From positions 96,001 to 160,000 of the forward strand of contig CAWEYG010000001.1 of NCBI GenBank assembly GCA_963813155.1: DNA of 64,000 nucleotides. The letters run 5' to 3'. The notes beneath the pieces were generated by a model. That model did no database searches, was not told where the DNA came from, and saw nothing but the letters and a program-made list of their open reading frames with translations. Source of the stretch: an uncultured Acidobacteriota bacterium. Lineage in GTDB: Bacteria; Acidobacteriota; Thermoanaerobaculia; UBA5066; DATFVB01. This document shows positions 9,898-20,025 of the stretch, in pieces (positions within the stretch are counted from its first letter, which is position 1; every line of letters begins with the position of its first letter). Both the position numbers and the translations under genes were made by a program.

Positions 9898-11233
9898 GCC
9901 CGTAGTGCTCGAGCTTCTTGTAGAGGTTCGACCGCGGCGTTTGAATCGTCTCGGCCGTCCGGGAAACGTTCCAGTTGTTCTCGCGGAGTTTTGCGAGAAG
10001 AAATTCGCGCTCCGTGTATTCCTTGAAGTCCGCGAGCGTCGACATGCGCGACGCCTGCCCGGCGAGCTCCCTCGGCGAAAACTGGGATTCGGAAGGAATT
10101 TCCGCGGCCGTGACGGGATCGGCCTCCGTCATGATCAGAACGCGCTCCACGAGATTCCGGAGCTCGCGCACATTTCCCGGCCAGGATCGCCCGGCCAGGG
10201 CGTCGAGCGCGCTCTTGTGGAACGTACGCCGGCGAACGCCGTTGCGCTCCGCGTACACGGCGGCGAAATGCTCGACGAGCGGCACCGCGTCCTCCGGCCG
10301 TTCGCGCAGGGGGGCGATGTGCAGCGGCACGACGTTCAGGCGAAAATAGAGATCTTCCCGAAACGATCCCTTTCGGATCTCGTCAACGAGGTTCTTGTTC
10401 GTGGCCGCGATCACGCGGACCTTCACTTTCTGAGTCTTCGATTGGCCGACGGGCTCGACCTCGCCCTCCTGCAGCACCCTCAGGACTTTCGCCTGGGCGC
10501 GAGCCGACATGTCGCCGACCTCGTCCAGAAAGATCGTCCCTCCGTCGGCCTCGACGAACTTCCCGATCTGCTTGCGGACCGCTCCCGTGAACGACCCCTT
10601 CTCGTGGCCGAACAACTCGGATTCGATGAGCTCCTCGGGAATCGCCGCGCAGTTCACCGTCACGAACGGCCCCTGGGACAGCCGCGAGAGCCGCTGGACC
10701 TGGCGCGCGAGGAGCTCCTTGCCGGTTCCCGACTCCCCCGTGACGAGAACGGTCGCGTCGGACGGGGCCGCCCGCGCGACCTGCTCGTTGAGCCTGCGCA
10801 CGGAGTCGCTCGCCCCGACGAAAGAATCTTCGATCTCGACTCGGCGCTTGAGCCGGACGTTCTCGCGGGCCAGATGGTCGCGCGACACCGCGTTCCGAAG
10901 AGAGACGAGCAGGCGCTCGCGCTGAAGGGGCTTCTCGAGGAAATCCACCGCGCCTCGCTTCGTGCACTCGACAGCCGTCGCGATATCTCCGTGCCCGGAG
11001 ATCATCAGAACCGGTGGAGGATTCTCGAGCCGCTGGATCTCGTCGAGGGCCTCCATCCCGTCCTTTCCGGGCATCTTGATGTCGAGCAGCACCGCGTCGG
11101 GCCGCCGGGCGTCGATTTCCGAAAGCCCGGAGACGGCGTCCGGAGCGGACGCCGTCTCGTAGCCGTCGTATTCCAGGATCATCTTGATCGCCTGACGCAC
11201 CGACGCGTCGTCGTCGACGATGAGAACCCGCAT
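9872..11233 (-). CDS. Sigma-54-dependent response regulator (NtrC/NtrX family: REC-AAA+-Fis HTH)
   Basis: LLDIKMP receiver, GESGTGKE Walker A, GSFTGA, FLDEVG, WPGNVRELRN, C-terminal HTH. Confidence 0.95.
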   Translation of the reverse strand: MRVLIVDDDASVRQAIKMILEYDGYETASAPDAVSGLSEIDARRPDAVLLDIKMPGKDGMEALDEIQRLENPPPVLMISGHGDIATAVECTKRGAVDFLEKPLQRERLLVSLRNAVSRDHLARENVRLKRRVEIEDSFVGASDSVRRLNEQVARAAPSDATVLVTGESGTGKELLARQVQRLSRLSQGPFVTVNCAAIPEELIESELFGHEKGSFTGAVRKQIGKFVEADGGTIFLDEVGDMSARAQAKVLRVLQEGEVEPVGQSKTQKVKVRVIAATNKNLVDEIRKGSFREDLYFRLNVVPLHIAPLRERPEDAVPLVEHFAAVYAERNGVRRRTFHKSALDALAGRSWPGNVRELRNLVERVLIMTEADPVTAAEIPSESQFSPRELAGQASRMSTLADFKEYTEREFLLAKLRENNWNVSRTAETIQTPRSNLYKKLEHYGLNREKLGE

Positions 11234-11253
11234 CGGCCGGCTGATCCCGGGCC

Positions 11254-12801
11254 CTACTCGCCGACTTTGACGATCGCGAAGAACGAGAACGGACGCTGGC
11301 CGAAGCGCCGCACGTAAAAACGCAGGTAATCGCCCTTCTTCGCGTCGCGGACGACCCGCGAGAGCTCTTCGGCGGAAGCGACCTTGTGGCCGTTGACTTC
11401 GGTGATCACGTCGCCTTCCGCCAGCCCGGCATCGTTCGCCGCCGACACTTCGGAGACTCCCGTGACGAGGACGCCCGCGACGCTCGGCTCGATCCGGTAG
11501 TACTGGCGCCCCTGCGGCGTCAGGTCCTGGACGGAGAGGCCGATTTTTTCCTTCGCGCCGCCCTCGTTCTCGGGAGCAGCCGTGTCGTTGGATGCCTGGT
11601 CGCCCCGGCGCTCCCCGAGCTCGACGGTGAGGTCCTGCATCCTCCCTCCGCGGTTGACGGCGAGGCGCACCCGGGCGCCCGGAGGCCTGCCCGACACGTA
11701 CGAGATGAGGTCCTGCGTCGTGACGACCTCGCGGTCGTCGACCTTCAGGATGACGTCGCCGTGCTGAACGCCCGCCTTGTCGGCCGGCTGGCCCGGCTCG
11801 ACCGACTCCACGAGAGCGCCGTTCATGTCCTTGAGGCCGAACGCTTTCATGTTGTCTTCGTCGAGGTTGCGGATGTTCACTCCCAGGAAGCCGCGCGTGA
11901 CCTTGCCCTTCGTCTTGAGCTGGTCGAGGATCGACCGGGCCGTGTTGATCGGCACCGCGAACCCGATGTTCTGGGCCGGACGGTAAATCGCGGTGTTGAT
12001 GCCGATGACTTCGCCCTCGAGATCGATGAGCGGCCCGCCCGAGTTGCCGAAGTTGATCGCGGCGTCGGTCTGGATGAAATTTTCGAACGAGTTCGTGTTC
12101 GGATCCAGCGTCAGGTTGTGCCGGCCTTTGGCCGAGACGACGCCGACGGTCACCGTCTTGTCGAATGCCCAGGGATCGCCGATCGCCATCACCCAGTCGC
12201 CGACGCGAATCTTGTCGGAATCCCCGAGCGAAATCGGCGTGAGGCGCTCCTTCGCGTCGATCTTGATGAGCGCGATGTCGGTCGCGGGATCGGTGCCCAC
12301 GACCTTCGCCCGATAGGTGTGCTGGTCGCCGACTTTGACCTCGATTTTCTGACCGCTCTCGACGACGTGGTTGTTCGTCAGGATGTACCCGTCCTGCGAA
12401 ATGATGAAGCCGGACCCTCCGGCCTCTTCCTTGTGCTCCTGTTGCTGGTCCTGGCCCTGCCCCGGACCGCCCTGGCCCGGATGCGGAAATCCGAAGAAGA
12501 ATTCGAACGGATCCTGTCCGTCTCCTCCTCCAAACGGGTTCTGGCCCCCGGAACGGCGGCGAGGCCCCTTCACGATGTCGGTCGAAGTGATCGAAACGAC
12601 CGACGGCAGGGCTTCGGCGGCCACGTCGGAAAAAGATGGCAGGTTCCCGGCCGAGGTCGCCCGTGTCGGCGCGCTGTGCGGCGACTTCTGAGCCAGCGTC
12701 TCCGGGGTCCAGTTCGTCGAACTGGCCAGCACGACTCCGAAAATGATCGCCCCCGCGATGAGGGCAAAAAAGGAGAGTTGTCTTTTCGCACTCGCGTTCA
12801 T
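11254..12801 (-). CDS. degP: DegP/HtrA serine protease with two PDZ domains
   Basis: TNNHVV, DIAL, IQTDAAINFGNSGGPL, two PDZ domains, N-terminal TM/signal. ATG at 12801 has an AGGGGG RBS. Confidence 0.93.
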   Translation of the reverse strand: MNASAKRQLSFFALIAGAIIFGVVLASSTNWTPETLAQKSPHSAPTRATSAGNLPSFSDVAAEALPSVVSITSTDIVKGPRRRSGGQNPFGGGDGQDPFEFFFGFPHPGQGGPGQGQDQQQEHKEEAGGSGFIISQDGYILTNNHVVESGQKIEVKVGDQHTYRAKVVGTDPATDIALIKIDAKERLTPISLGDSDKIRVGDWVMAIGDPWAFDKTVTVGVVSAKGRHNLTLDPNTNSFENFIQTDAAINFGNSGGPLIDLEGEVIGINTAIYRPAQNIGFAVPINTARSILDQLKTKGKVTRGFLGVNIRNLDEDNMKAFGLKDMNGALVESVEPGQPADKAGVQHGDVILKVDDREVVTTQDLISYVSGRPPGARVRLAVNRGGRMQDLTVELGERRGDQASNDTAAPENEGGAKEKIGLSVQDLTPQGRQYYRIEPSVAGVLVTGVSEVSAANDAGLAEGDVITEVNGHKVASAEELSRVVRDAKKGDYLRFYVRRFGQRPFSFFAIVKVGE

Positions 12802-12873
12802 CAAGTTTTTCCCCCTACCTTTCAACGGCGCTCAATTCTAGCCCAGCGACTCCGCCGGCTCGCGCTCTGGAGT

Positions 12874-12889
12874 AGCAACGCCGATGCCA
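12874..12889 (-). promoter_or_regulatory. Putative sigma-54 promoter for degP and the response regulator
   Basis: Minus strand TGGCATCGGCGTTGCT, close to the TGGCAC-N5-TTGC consensus. Confidence 0.75.
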
Positions 12890-12947
12890 TCCTAAATCAT
12901 TCCAGGAAATGGAAGTTGTCGAGCGGGCACGTCAAATCGGCGTACTT

Positions 12948-13358
12948 TCAGCGGATTTGACGGACTCGATCTTTCATGATGCACCGGTCCATGGCGACGC
13001 CGACGCCGGCGGCCTCCAGCCGGCGAGCCGCCTCCGGATCGACGACGCCTTCCTGCATCCAGAAGAATCGAGCCTTCCGCTCGATCGCCGGCTCGACGAG
13101 AGCGGCGACCGCCGCGGAATTGCGAAAGACGTCCACGATGTCGATGCCGACGCCGGCTGGAATCTCCAGCAGGGACCCGTAGCAGCGGCGGCCGAGGACC
13201 TCCGGATGATTCGGGTTGACGGGGATCACGTCGTAACCGCTTTCGATCAGGAACTGCATGATCGAGTGGGAAGCTCGAAACGGGTTCGTCGACGCGCCCA
13301 CGACGGCGATCGTGCGGGCGCTCGCGAGGATCTCGTGAATCTTGCCCGGCTCGTTCAC
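12948..13358 (-). CDS. CoA-binding domain protein (YccU-like)
   Basis: TIAVVGAS, VIPVNP, IDIVDVFR, WMQEG, MDRC motifs. The GTG overlaps the upstream TGA. Confidence 0.9.
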   Translation of the reverse strand: MNEPGKIHEILASARTIAVVGASTNPFRASHSIMQFLIESGYDVIPVNPNHPEVLGRRCYGSLLEIPAGVGIDIVDVFRNSAAVAALVEPAIERKARFFWMQEGVVDPEAARRLEAAGVGVAMDRCIMKDRVRQIR

Positions 13359-14441
13359 TTGAATTTCCCTTCTTCCCCCGGCCGGATGTTGTAGAAGAAC
13401 GTGATCGTCACTCCCTCGCGATCCTCGTGCAGGTCCTTCGGCAACGGGCGAAACGGGCTCGAGGTCGCGATCGCCTGGAACGCGGCGTGGTCGTACGGCG
13501 GGATCGTCGAATCGCGCAGGATCTTCTCCGCCTCGACGCTGCCGTCCGCCCGAATGTAGAAGCGGATCGACAGCTTCCCCTTGACCCCCATTCTCGCCAG
13601 GTCCGGCACTTCCCAGTGCAGCTTGATCCGGCGAATCATCTCCTCCGCGTAGTCGCCCCAGTCGTACCATTGGGTGTCGAAGGAAATCGGCCCCGAGTCG
13701 ACGAAGCCGCCCGACTCGTTCGGGTTCGGCGACCCGCCCTCTCCGGAGAACGGATTGCCCGCCGCGGCCTTGATCGCCCGGTTCAGGTTCGGCAGCCGCT
13801 GCGCAGCGCCCGGCGTGACCGAGACCCCGGACGGTGCCGTTCCCGCCGGTGACGGCGTCGTCGAAGACGAGGCCGCCGCGGACTGGGGCGAGGCCTGCGC
13901 CGGCGTCGGAGCCGAAGTCGCGGCCGAAGCGCGGCTGCCTTCCTTCCCGCGGGGTCCCGGGCGAAGGCCCTCGATGCCCGATTTCTGCGCGACGAACGGC
14001 GTCTCGGAGGGAGGCTTCGATTTGTCGCCCCCCCCGGCGCGGCGGGTCTTGTCCGAGGGCGCCGCGTTCCGGTTCGCGTTCTGGCGCGAGGGGCCGGGCG
14101 ACTCGGCGAAGAACTTCACCGGAACGCGAAATTCCGCCTCGCGGGCTTCCCGGGCGGCGCGCATTTCCGCCGTCTCCCTGGGCGGCAGCGCGCCCATCGG
14201 GTGGAGGACCATGAAAATGACGAGAAGAAGGTGCAGGATGATCGAGATCAGGATCGCCCGCTCGACCGGGAATCGACGCTGGGGGTGCTCGATCCGTCTC
14301 GACGATTTCGTCGATCCGGGGCGCGGGAACGTCCTCGGGCCCCGGACGGCGCGAAACGCCCGGCCTCGCCGCGGCCGCCCGCAGCCCGGGCAGGAGCCGG
14401 CCCACCTCGGCCTGTTCTTCTTCCTCTTCGACGCCGAACAC
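13355..14441 (-). CDS. TonB/TolA C-terminal domain membrane protein (apparent frameshift near 14294)
   Basis: TM anchor ILISIILHLLLVIF, Pro-rich linker, and TonB_C-like DWGDYAEEMIRRIKLHW...YDHAAFQAI...PLP. The anchor frame has no upstream start; an acidic N-terminus lies in the neighbouring frame. Confidence 0.75.
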
Positions 14442-14498
14442 TTCTTCTTCTAACTCCAGCAGATCCTATTTTGTTTCCGGATGCCCCCGACTCGCGCC

Positions 14499-14570
14499 TT
14501 GCAAGCCCCGCAACACTTCTGATATAAATGCCCAGCGCTTTGGAAAAGCGGGCTTTTCGCCCGCTTTTTT
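14499..14570 (+). promoter_or_regulatory. Sigma-70 promoter plus rimP leader terminator hairpin
   Basis: TTGCAA-N18-TATAAA (14499-14528), then AAAAGCGGGC-TTTTC-GCCCGCTTTTTT. Leader terminators before rimP-nusA-infB are known. Confidence 0.7.
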
Positions 14571-14593
14571 GTTCGGCGCTTTCGGAGGCGGAG

Positions 14594-15091
14594 ACGAACG
14601 GTCTCAGCGAAAAAATTCGGGAAGAGATCCGGAAAATCGCCGCAGAGAGCGGGTGTGAGCTCGTCGCGATCGAATCGACCGGAACCGGCCGGTTCCAATC
14701 GCTGCGCCTGGTCCTGGACAAGCCCGAGGGCGGCGTGACCCTCGAGGACTGCGAACGGGTTTCGCGGGATGTTTCTCCCCTGCTCGACGCGGAATCGGGA
14801 ATCCCGCACGCATACACCCTCGAGGTGAGCTCCCCCGGCCTGGACCGCAAGCTCTATTCGATCGAAGACGCGAAGAAATTCGTCGGCCGGAGGGTCCGGG
14901 TGAAAACGGCGCTTCCCGTCGAAGGCTCCCGGAATTTCCGGGGAAAACTGGACTCCGTGGAGGGGGACGGACGGCTTCGGATCGTGGACGAAGAGAGCGG
15001 AAGAATCTATAATTTCAGTTTTCGTGAGGTTCAGGTCGCCCGCCTCGAGGTGGATTGGCCGGACTCGGGCGAGAGGCGAAAGAAGAAATGA
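14594..15091 (+). CDS. rimP: Ribosome maturation factor RimP (start uncertain; ACG at 14594 proposed)
   Basis: GVTLEDCERVSR, YTLEVSSPGLDR; first gene of the nusA operon. Confidence 0.93.
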   Translation, partial: TNGLSEKIREEIRKIAAESGCELVAIESTGTGRFQSLRLVLDKPEGGVTLEDCERVSRDVSPLLDAESGIPHAYTLEVSSPGLDRKLYSIEDAKKFVGRRVRVKTALPVEGSRNFRGKLDSVEGDGRLRIVDEESGRIYNFSFREVQVARLEVDWPDSGERRKKK

Positions 15092-16587
15092 CAATGATCA
15101 ACGATCTGGGTTCGGTGATCCGACAGGTATCCCGCGAGAAGGACATCGACGCGGAGAAGATGTTTTCCGCGCTGGAAGAAGCGATGGCCGCGGCAGCGCG
15201 ACGTTTCTACAAGGTCAAGGAGATCGTCGCCCGGATCGACCGCGAAACGGGCGAAATCACCGCCTACACGCCTCGGCGGGTCGTCGACACGATGCCGGAG
15301 CCGCTTCCCGAACCGGTCGAGCCGGCGGAGCCTCTCCCCGAGGGAGTCGAACCGCCGCCGGACCCGGCGACGCTCGTCCTGCTCGACGACGCGAAATCCA
15401 TCGTGCGCGAGGCCGGCGCCGGCGGCACGGTGCGAGTCCTTCGCCCGGGTCAGGATGGCGGCGAAGCGTACGAGGTCGAGGAGCCGGAGCTCGGAGACGA
15501 GCTGCGGATCTACCGCTCGACGGAAGGTCTCGGCCGAATCGCGGCGCAGAACGCGAAGCAGGTCCTTTACCAGAAGGTCCGCGAGGCCGAGCGCGAGCGC
15601 ATCTACAACGAGTACATGCCGAAAGTCGGCGAGCTCATCAACGGCACCGTCAAGCGGTTCGAGCGCGGCGACATCGTCGTCGACCTCGGCCGGCTCGAAG
15701 CCGCGATCCCGCGCGACCAGCAGTCCCGCGCGGAGCGATACGGCCAGGGAGAGCGCGTCCGCGCCGTCATCGCCGACGTGCACAAGAACCCGAAGGGCCC
15801 GCAGATCGTCCTGTCGCGGACCGACCCCCGCCTGCTCATCCGGCTCTTCGAGATGGAAGTTCCGGAAATCTACGACGGTACGGTCGTCATCAAGGGCGCC
15901 GTCCGGCAGCCGGGAGAGCGCGCGAAAGTGGCCGTGCTCTCGCGGGAGCGCGACGTCGACCCGGTCGGCGCGTGCGTCGGAATGCGCGGCAGCCGCGTTC
16001 AGGCGATCATGCGCGAGCTCCACGGGGAGAAAATCGACGTCATCCAGTACAGCGACGACCTCATCACGTTCGCGCAGAACGCCCTGTCTCCGGCGAAGAT
16101 CACGCGGGTTTCCCCGATTCACCACGAGGACGCCCCCCTGACGCTGGATTGCGTGGTCGAGGACGAGCAGCTCTCGCTCGCGATCGGCAAGAAGGGTCAG
16201 AACGTCCGCCTTGCTTCCGCCCTCATCGGCGCGAAGATCGAAATCAAGAGCGAGGCCGAGGTCAAGGGCGAAGTCGCGGAAGCCCTCGGCCGAATGATTC
16301 GGGCGTCGCAGCGGCAGCAGACCCCGGTCGCCGACGTCCCGGGAATCGACGAAGAAACCGCCGCGAGTCTCCGGGAAGCGGGGATCGAGAACCTCGACCA
16401 GCTGCTTTCGCAATCGACCGAGTCGCTCGCTCCCGTCGGCGACATGGGCGCGGAGAGGGCGCAGGAAATTTTGAACGCGGCTCAGGAGCTCGACAACCCG
16501 ACTCCGGAGGAGGAGCCGGCGGACGAAGAGCAGGGCTCCGCCGAAGGCGAGCCCTTCGAAGAGCCCGCCGGCAAAGAAAAGGCGTAA
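15088..16587 (+). CDS. nusA: Transcription termination factor NusA
   Basis: GRIAAQNAKQV, S1 domain, EVPEI, DPVGACVGMRGSRVQ, LAIGKKGQNVRLA. ATGA overlap with rimP. Confidence 0.97.
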   Translation: MTMINDLGSVIRQVSREKDIDAEKMFSALEEAMAAAARRFYKVKEIVARIDRETGEITAYTPRRVVDTMPEPLPEPVEPAEPLPEGVEPPPDPATLVLLDDAKSIVREAGAGGTVRVLRPGQDGGEAYEVEEPELGDELRIYRSTEGLGRIAAQNAKQVLYQKVREAERERIYNEYMPKVGELINGTVKRFERGDIVVDLGRLEAAIPRDQQSRAERYGQGERVRAVIADVHKNPKGPQIVLSRTDPRLLIRLFEMEVPEIYDGTVVIKGAVRQPGERAKVAVLSRERDVDPVGACVGMRGSRVQAIMRELHGEKIDVIQYSDDLITFAQNALSPAKITRVSPIHHEDAPLTLDCVVEDEQLSLAIGKKGQNVRLASALIGAKIEIKSEAEVKGEVAEALGRMIRASQRQQTPVADVPGIDEETAASLREAGIENLDQLLSQSTESLAPVGDMGAERAQEILNAAQELDNPTPEEEPADEEQGSAEGEPFEEPAGKEKA

Positions 16588-19343
16588 ATGGCGAAGATTC
16601 AGGTACACGAACTGGCCCGGCAGATGGGCGTCGGCGACCGCGAGCTGATGTTCCTTCTGCAATCGATCGGCGTTCAAGTCAGCTCCGCTCAGGCGGACCT
16701 GGACGAATCGACGGTGCTCGCGATTCTCCAGGGCAAGACCCACGCCCCGAAATCGTTGATCGTCCGCGAGGAGAGCAACCGCCCCAAGACGGCGCAGATT
16801 CCGAAGAGTGCGCTCTCGCGAATCAAGATCGTCGACAAGCCCGCGGCCCCGGCCAAGAAGACCGACGCGCCTCCGCCGAGAAGCGGCGAAGCCCGTCCGC
16901 GTCCGCCGGCCGAACCGGCGAGGACGGCCGTCGTCACGTCCGAGCCCGAGGAACCTCAAAAGCCGGAAGCTCCGGTTCCTCCGGTGCCCCGCAGGATCGT
17001 TCTCCCCCCGAAGAGGCCCATCGTTCGCCCCCCCGTGCGAACCCAGGGAGCGCCGCCGCCCCGGCCCGCGGGGCCGCCGGGAGCTCCGCTCCGCCCGCCG
17101 CTTCCCCCGGGCCGCCCCGGAGTCTCGGCTCAAAGCGGCCGGCCGGCCCCCTCGGTCTATCGACCCGCGCCCGGAGCGCCCGGAGCGCGCATCCCGGGGG
17201 CCCGCGTGCCGGTTGGAGCGCCTCCCCGCCCGGGCGGCCGCCCGCTGCGGCCGGGAGAGGTCCCGACGCCGGTGCCCGAGGACGTCAAGTCGGCCCGGCG
17301 TAAGAAGGAAGAAGAGTCGAAAAAGGCCGCGGCGAAGAAAACCGGCGCGCGCCCGAAGATCAACGCGGCGGACGAGGTGGATCTGCGCGACTACGTCGGC
17401 GAGTACCGGGAAGACACCTACTCCGACATCACGCTGCCCCTGATCGACAAGAACGCGACGCTCGAAGAGCCCGCCGGACCGAAGACTCTCTCGAAGTCCG
17501 CCCTGCGGCGGGCCGGAAAAGAGACCCGGCACGACGACACGGGCAAGATCGTGGAATTCAAGAAAGCCGCTTCCGACCGGGCCGGTCTTCCTGTCCGAAG
17601 GCGTCACCGTCAAAGAGCTCTCCGAAAAGCTCGGGGTCCTCGGGCGCGACCTCGTTCAGAAGCTCCTTCGCCGGGGAATGATGGTCACGATCAATCAGAC
17701 GCTGCCGGCGCAGATCGCCGTCGAGATCGCCCGAGGAGATCGGCGTCGAAGCCGCCGTCGTCTCGTTCGAAGAAGAGATGGAGCTCGCCCGGGAAGAGAA
17801 GTCCGACGCGAACTCGCCCGAAAGCATGAAACCGCGCGCTCCCGTGGTGACCGTCATGGGCCACGTCGACCACGGCAAGACGTCTCTCCTCGACGCGATC
17901 CGCGAGACCAAGGTCGCGGCGAGCGAGGCGGGAGGGATCACCCAGCACATCGGCGCCTACCGCGTCGAGTCGAAGGGAAGCCCGATCGTCTTTCTCGACA
18001 CTCCCGGCCACGAAGCGTTCACGCTCATGCGCGCGCGCGGCGCCGCCGCGACGGACATCGTCGTGCTCGTCGTCGCCGCCGACGACGGAGTCATGCCGCA
18101 GACCGTGGAGGCGATCGACCACGCCCGGGCGGCGAAGGTGCCGCTCGTCGTCGCGATCAACAAGATCGACAAGGCCAACGCCAACGTCGAGCGCGTCAAG
18201 AAGGAGCTCGCCGACCGCGGCGTTCTTCTCGAATCCTGGGGTGGAGACGTGCCTTCGGTGGAGGTCTCCGCGCTCAAGAAGGTCGGCATCGACCAGCTCC
18301 TCGAGATCATCCGGCTCGTCGCCGAGCTGCTGGAGTTGAAAGCCAACCCCGAAGGCTACGCCCGCGGCGTCGTCATCGAGGCGCGCCGGGAAGCCGGACG
18401 CGGCAACGTCGCGACGATCCTCGTGCAGAGCGGAACGCTGAAGGTCGGCGACGTCTTTTACGCCGGCTCCGCATCCGGCCGGCTGAGAGCGATGACCGAC
18501 GAGACGGGCAAGCGCCTCCAGACGGCAGGGCCGTCGACCCCCGCCGAAATCATGGGGTTCGAAGAGCTCCCGGCCGCCGGCGATCTCTTCCAGGCCGTCG
18601 AGAGCGAGATTCGCGCGCGGCAGATCGTCTCCTTCCGGAAGGAGAAGACCCGCGAGAAGTCGATGGTTTCGTCTTCGAAGACCTCGCTCGAAGCGCTCTT
18701 TTCCCGGATCCAGGAGGGCGCCGTCAAGGACCTCCCGCTCGTCGTGAAGACCGACGTCGCCGGTTCGGCGGAAGTCGTCACGGGAGCGCTCCGAAAGATG
18801 TCGAGCGACCAGGTAAAGGTCTCCGTGCTGCATTCCGGCGTGGGAGCGATCAACATCAACGACGTTCTCCTCGCCTCCGCTTCCGGCGCGACGATCATCG
18901 GATTCAACGTGAGGCCGGAAAAGAAAGCGGAAACCGAGGCGGAGAAGGCGGGCGTCGACATCCGCCTCTACACCGTGATCTACAACATCACCGACGACAT
19001 CCGAAAAGCGATGGAGGGCCTCCTCGAGCCGACGCTCAGGGAAGTGGCGCGCGGCCGGGCGGAGGTTCGGAACACGTTCAACGTCCCGAAGGTCGGCGTC
19101 GTCGCGGGCTGCTACGTCACCGAGGGCACGATCCCGCGATCGGCCCAGGTTCGGCTGCTTCGCGACAATCGCGTCATCTACGAGGGAAAGATCGGCTCGC
19201 TGCGGCGCTTCAAGGACGACGTCTCGGAAGTGAAGACCGGCTTCGAGTGCGGAATCGGCCTGGATCGCTACCAGGACGTCAAGGTCGGCGACATCATCGA
19301 AGCGTTCGCGACCGAGAAGGTCGCCGGCGTCCTGTCGGCGTAG
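16588..19343 (+). CDS. infB: Translation initiation factor IF-2 (two apparent +1 insertions, at ~17564 and ~17730)
   Basis: IF2_N ([11 protein letters not shown]), second IF2_N ([12 protein letters not shown]), G-domain [21 protein letters not shown], and C-terminal SLRRFKDDV; split over three frames. Confidence 0.95.
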
Positions 19344-19353
19344 CGGTTCTTCT

Positions 19354-19641
19354 TTGGTCCTCGCGTACTCGGTCTTCGACCTGAACCTTCCGGGGTGCCG
19401 GGGGCTGAAGGAAAAGCGAATGGTCATTCGAAGCCTGAAGAGCCGCATCCGGAACAAGTTCGAGGTCTCGGTCGCCGAAACGAACCACCAGGACCGTCAC
19501 CAGCGCGCGCAGCTCTCGGTCGCGGTGATCGGGCCGGACCAGCCGCCCCTCGACGCGCTGCTGCAGGAGATCCTTTCGTTCGTCGAGTCGAACTTCGACG
19601 GGCCGATCCTCGACTACAAGAACGAGTTCATCCATGTGTAG
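19354..19641 (+). CDS. DUF503 (YlxP-like) protein
   Basis: LKEKRMVIRSLKSRIRNKFEVSVAE..HQD; usual position between infB and rbfA. Confidence 0.88.
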   Translation: MVLAYSVFDLNLPGCRGLKEKRMVIRSLKSRIRNKFEVSVAETNHQDRHQRAQLSVAVIGPDQPPLDALLQEILSFVESNFDGPILDYKNEFIHV

Positions 19642-19659
19642 CGAGCGATGAGACGTTGC

Positions 19660-20025
19660 ATGACCACCGCCCGTCCGCAGCGCGTCGGCGAGCTCATCCG
19701 CGCCGAGATCGCGAACATGGTGCGAACCGATCTGCACGATCCCGCGATCGGGTTCGTCACGATCACGCAGGTCAACATGTCGCACGACCTGCGCACGGCG
19801 CGCGTCTACTTCTCCTGCCTCGGCGGCGAAGAGGAGTTCGAGCGCATCCGCGAAGGCTTCGACCGGGCTGCGGGATTTCTGCGCCGGGAGATCGGGCGCC
19901 GCTGCAAGCTGCGGTACGCGCCGGAGCTGCATTTCTTTCCCGACCATTCCGCCGAAACCGGGGCGCGCATCGAGAGGATCCTCCGGGATAACCTGAGCGA
20001 CGAGCCGCCGGACTCCGGCTCGTGA
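19660..20025 (+). CDS. rbfA: Ribosome-binding factor A
   Basis: RPQRVGELI, VTITQV, DLRTARVY, LRYAPELHF. Confidence 0.95.
   Translation: MTTARPQRVGELIRAEIANMVRTDLHDPAIGFVTITQVNMSHDLRTARVYFSCLGGEEEFERIREGFDRAAGFLRREIGRRCKLRYAPELHFFPDHSAETGARIERILRDNLSDEPPDSGS

Noticed and set aside
16950-17280. Pro/Gly/Arg low-complexity stretch as a separate repeat element
   Set aside because: Normal variable linker of the IF-2 N-terminus.
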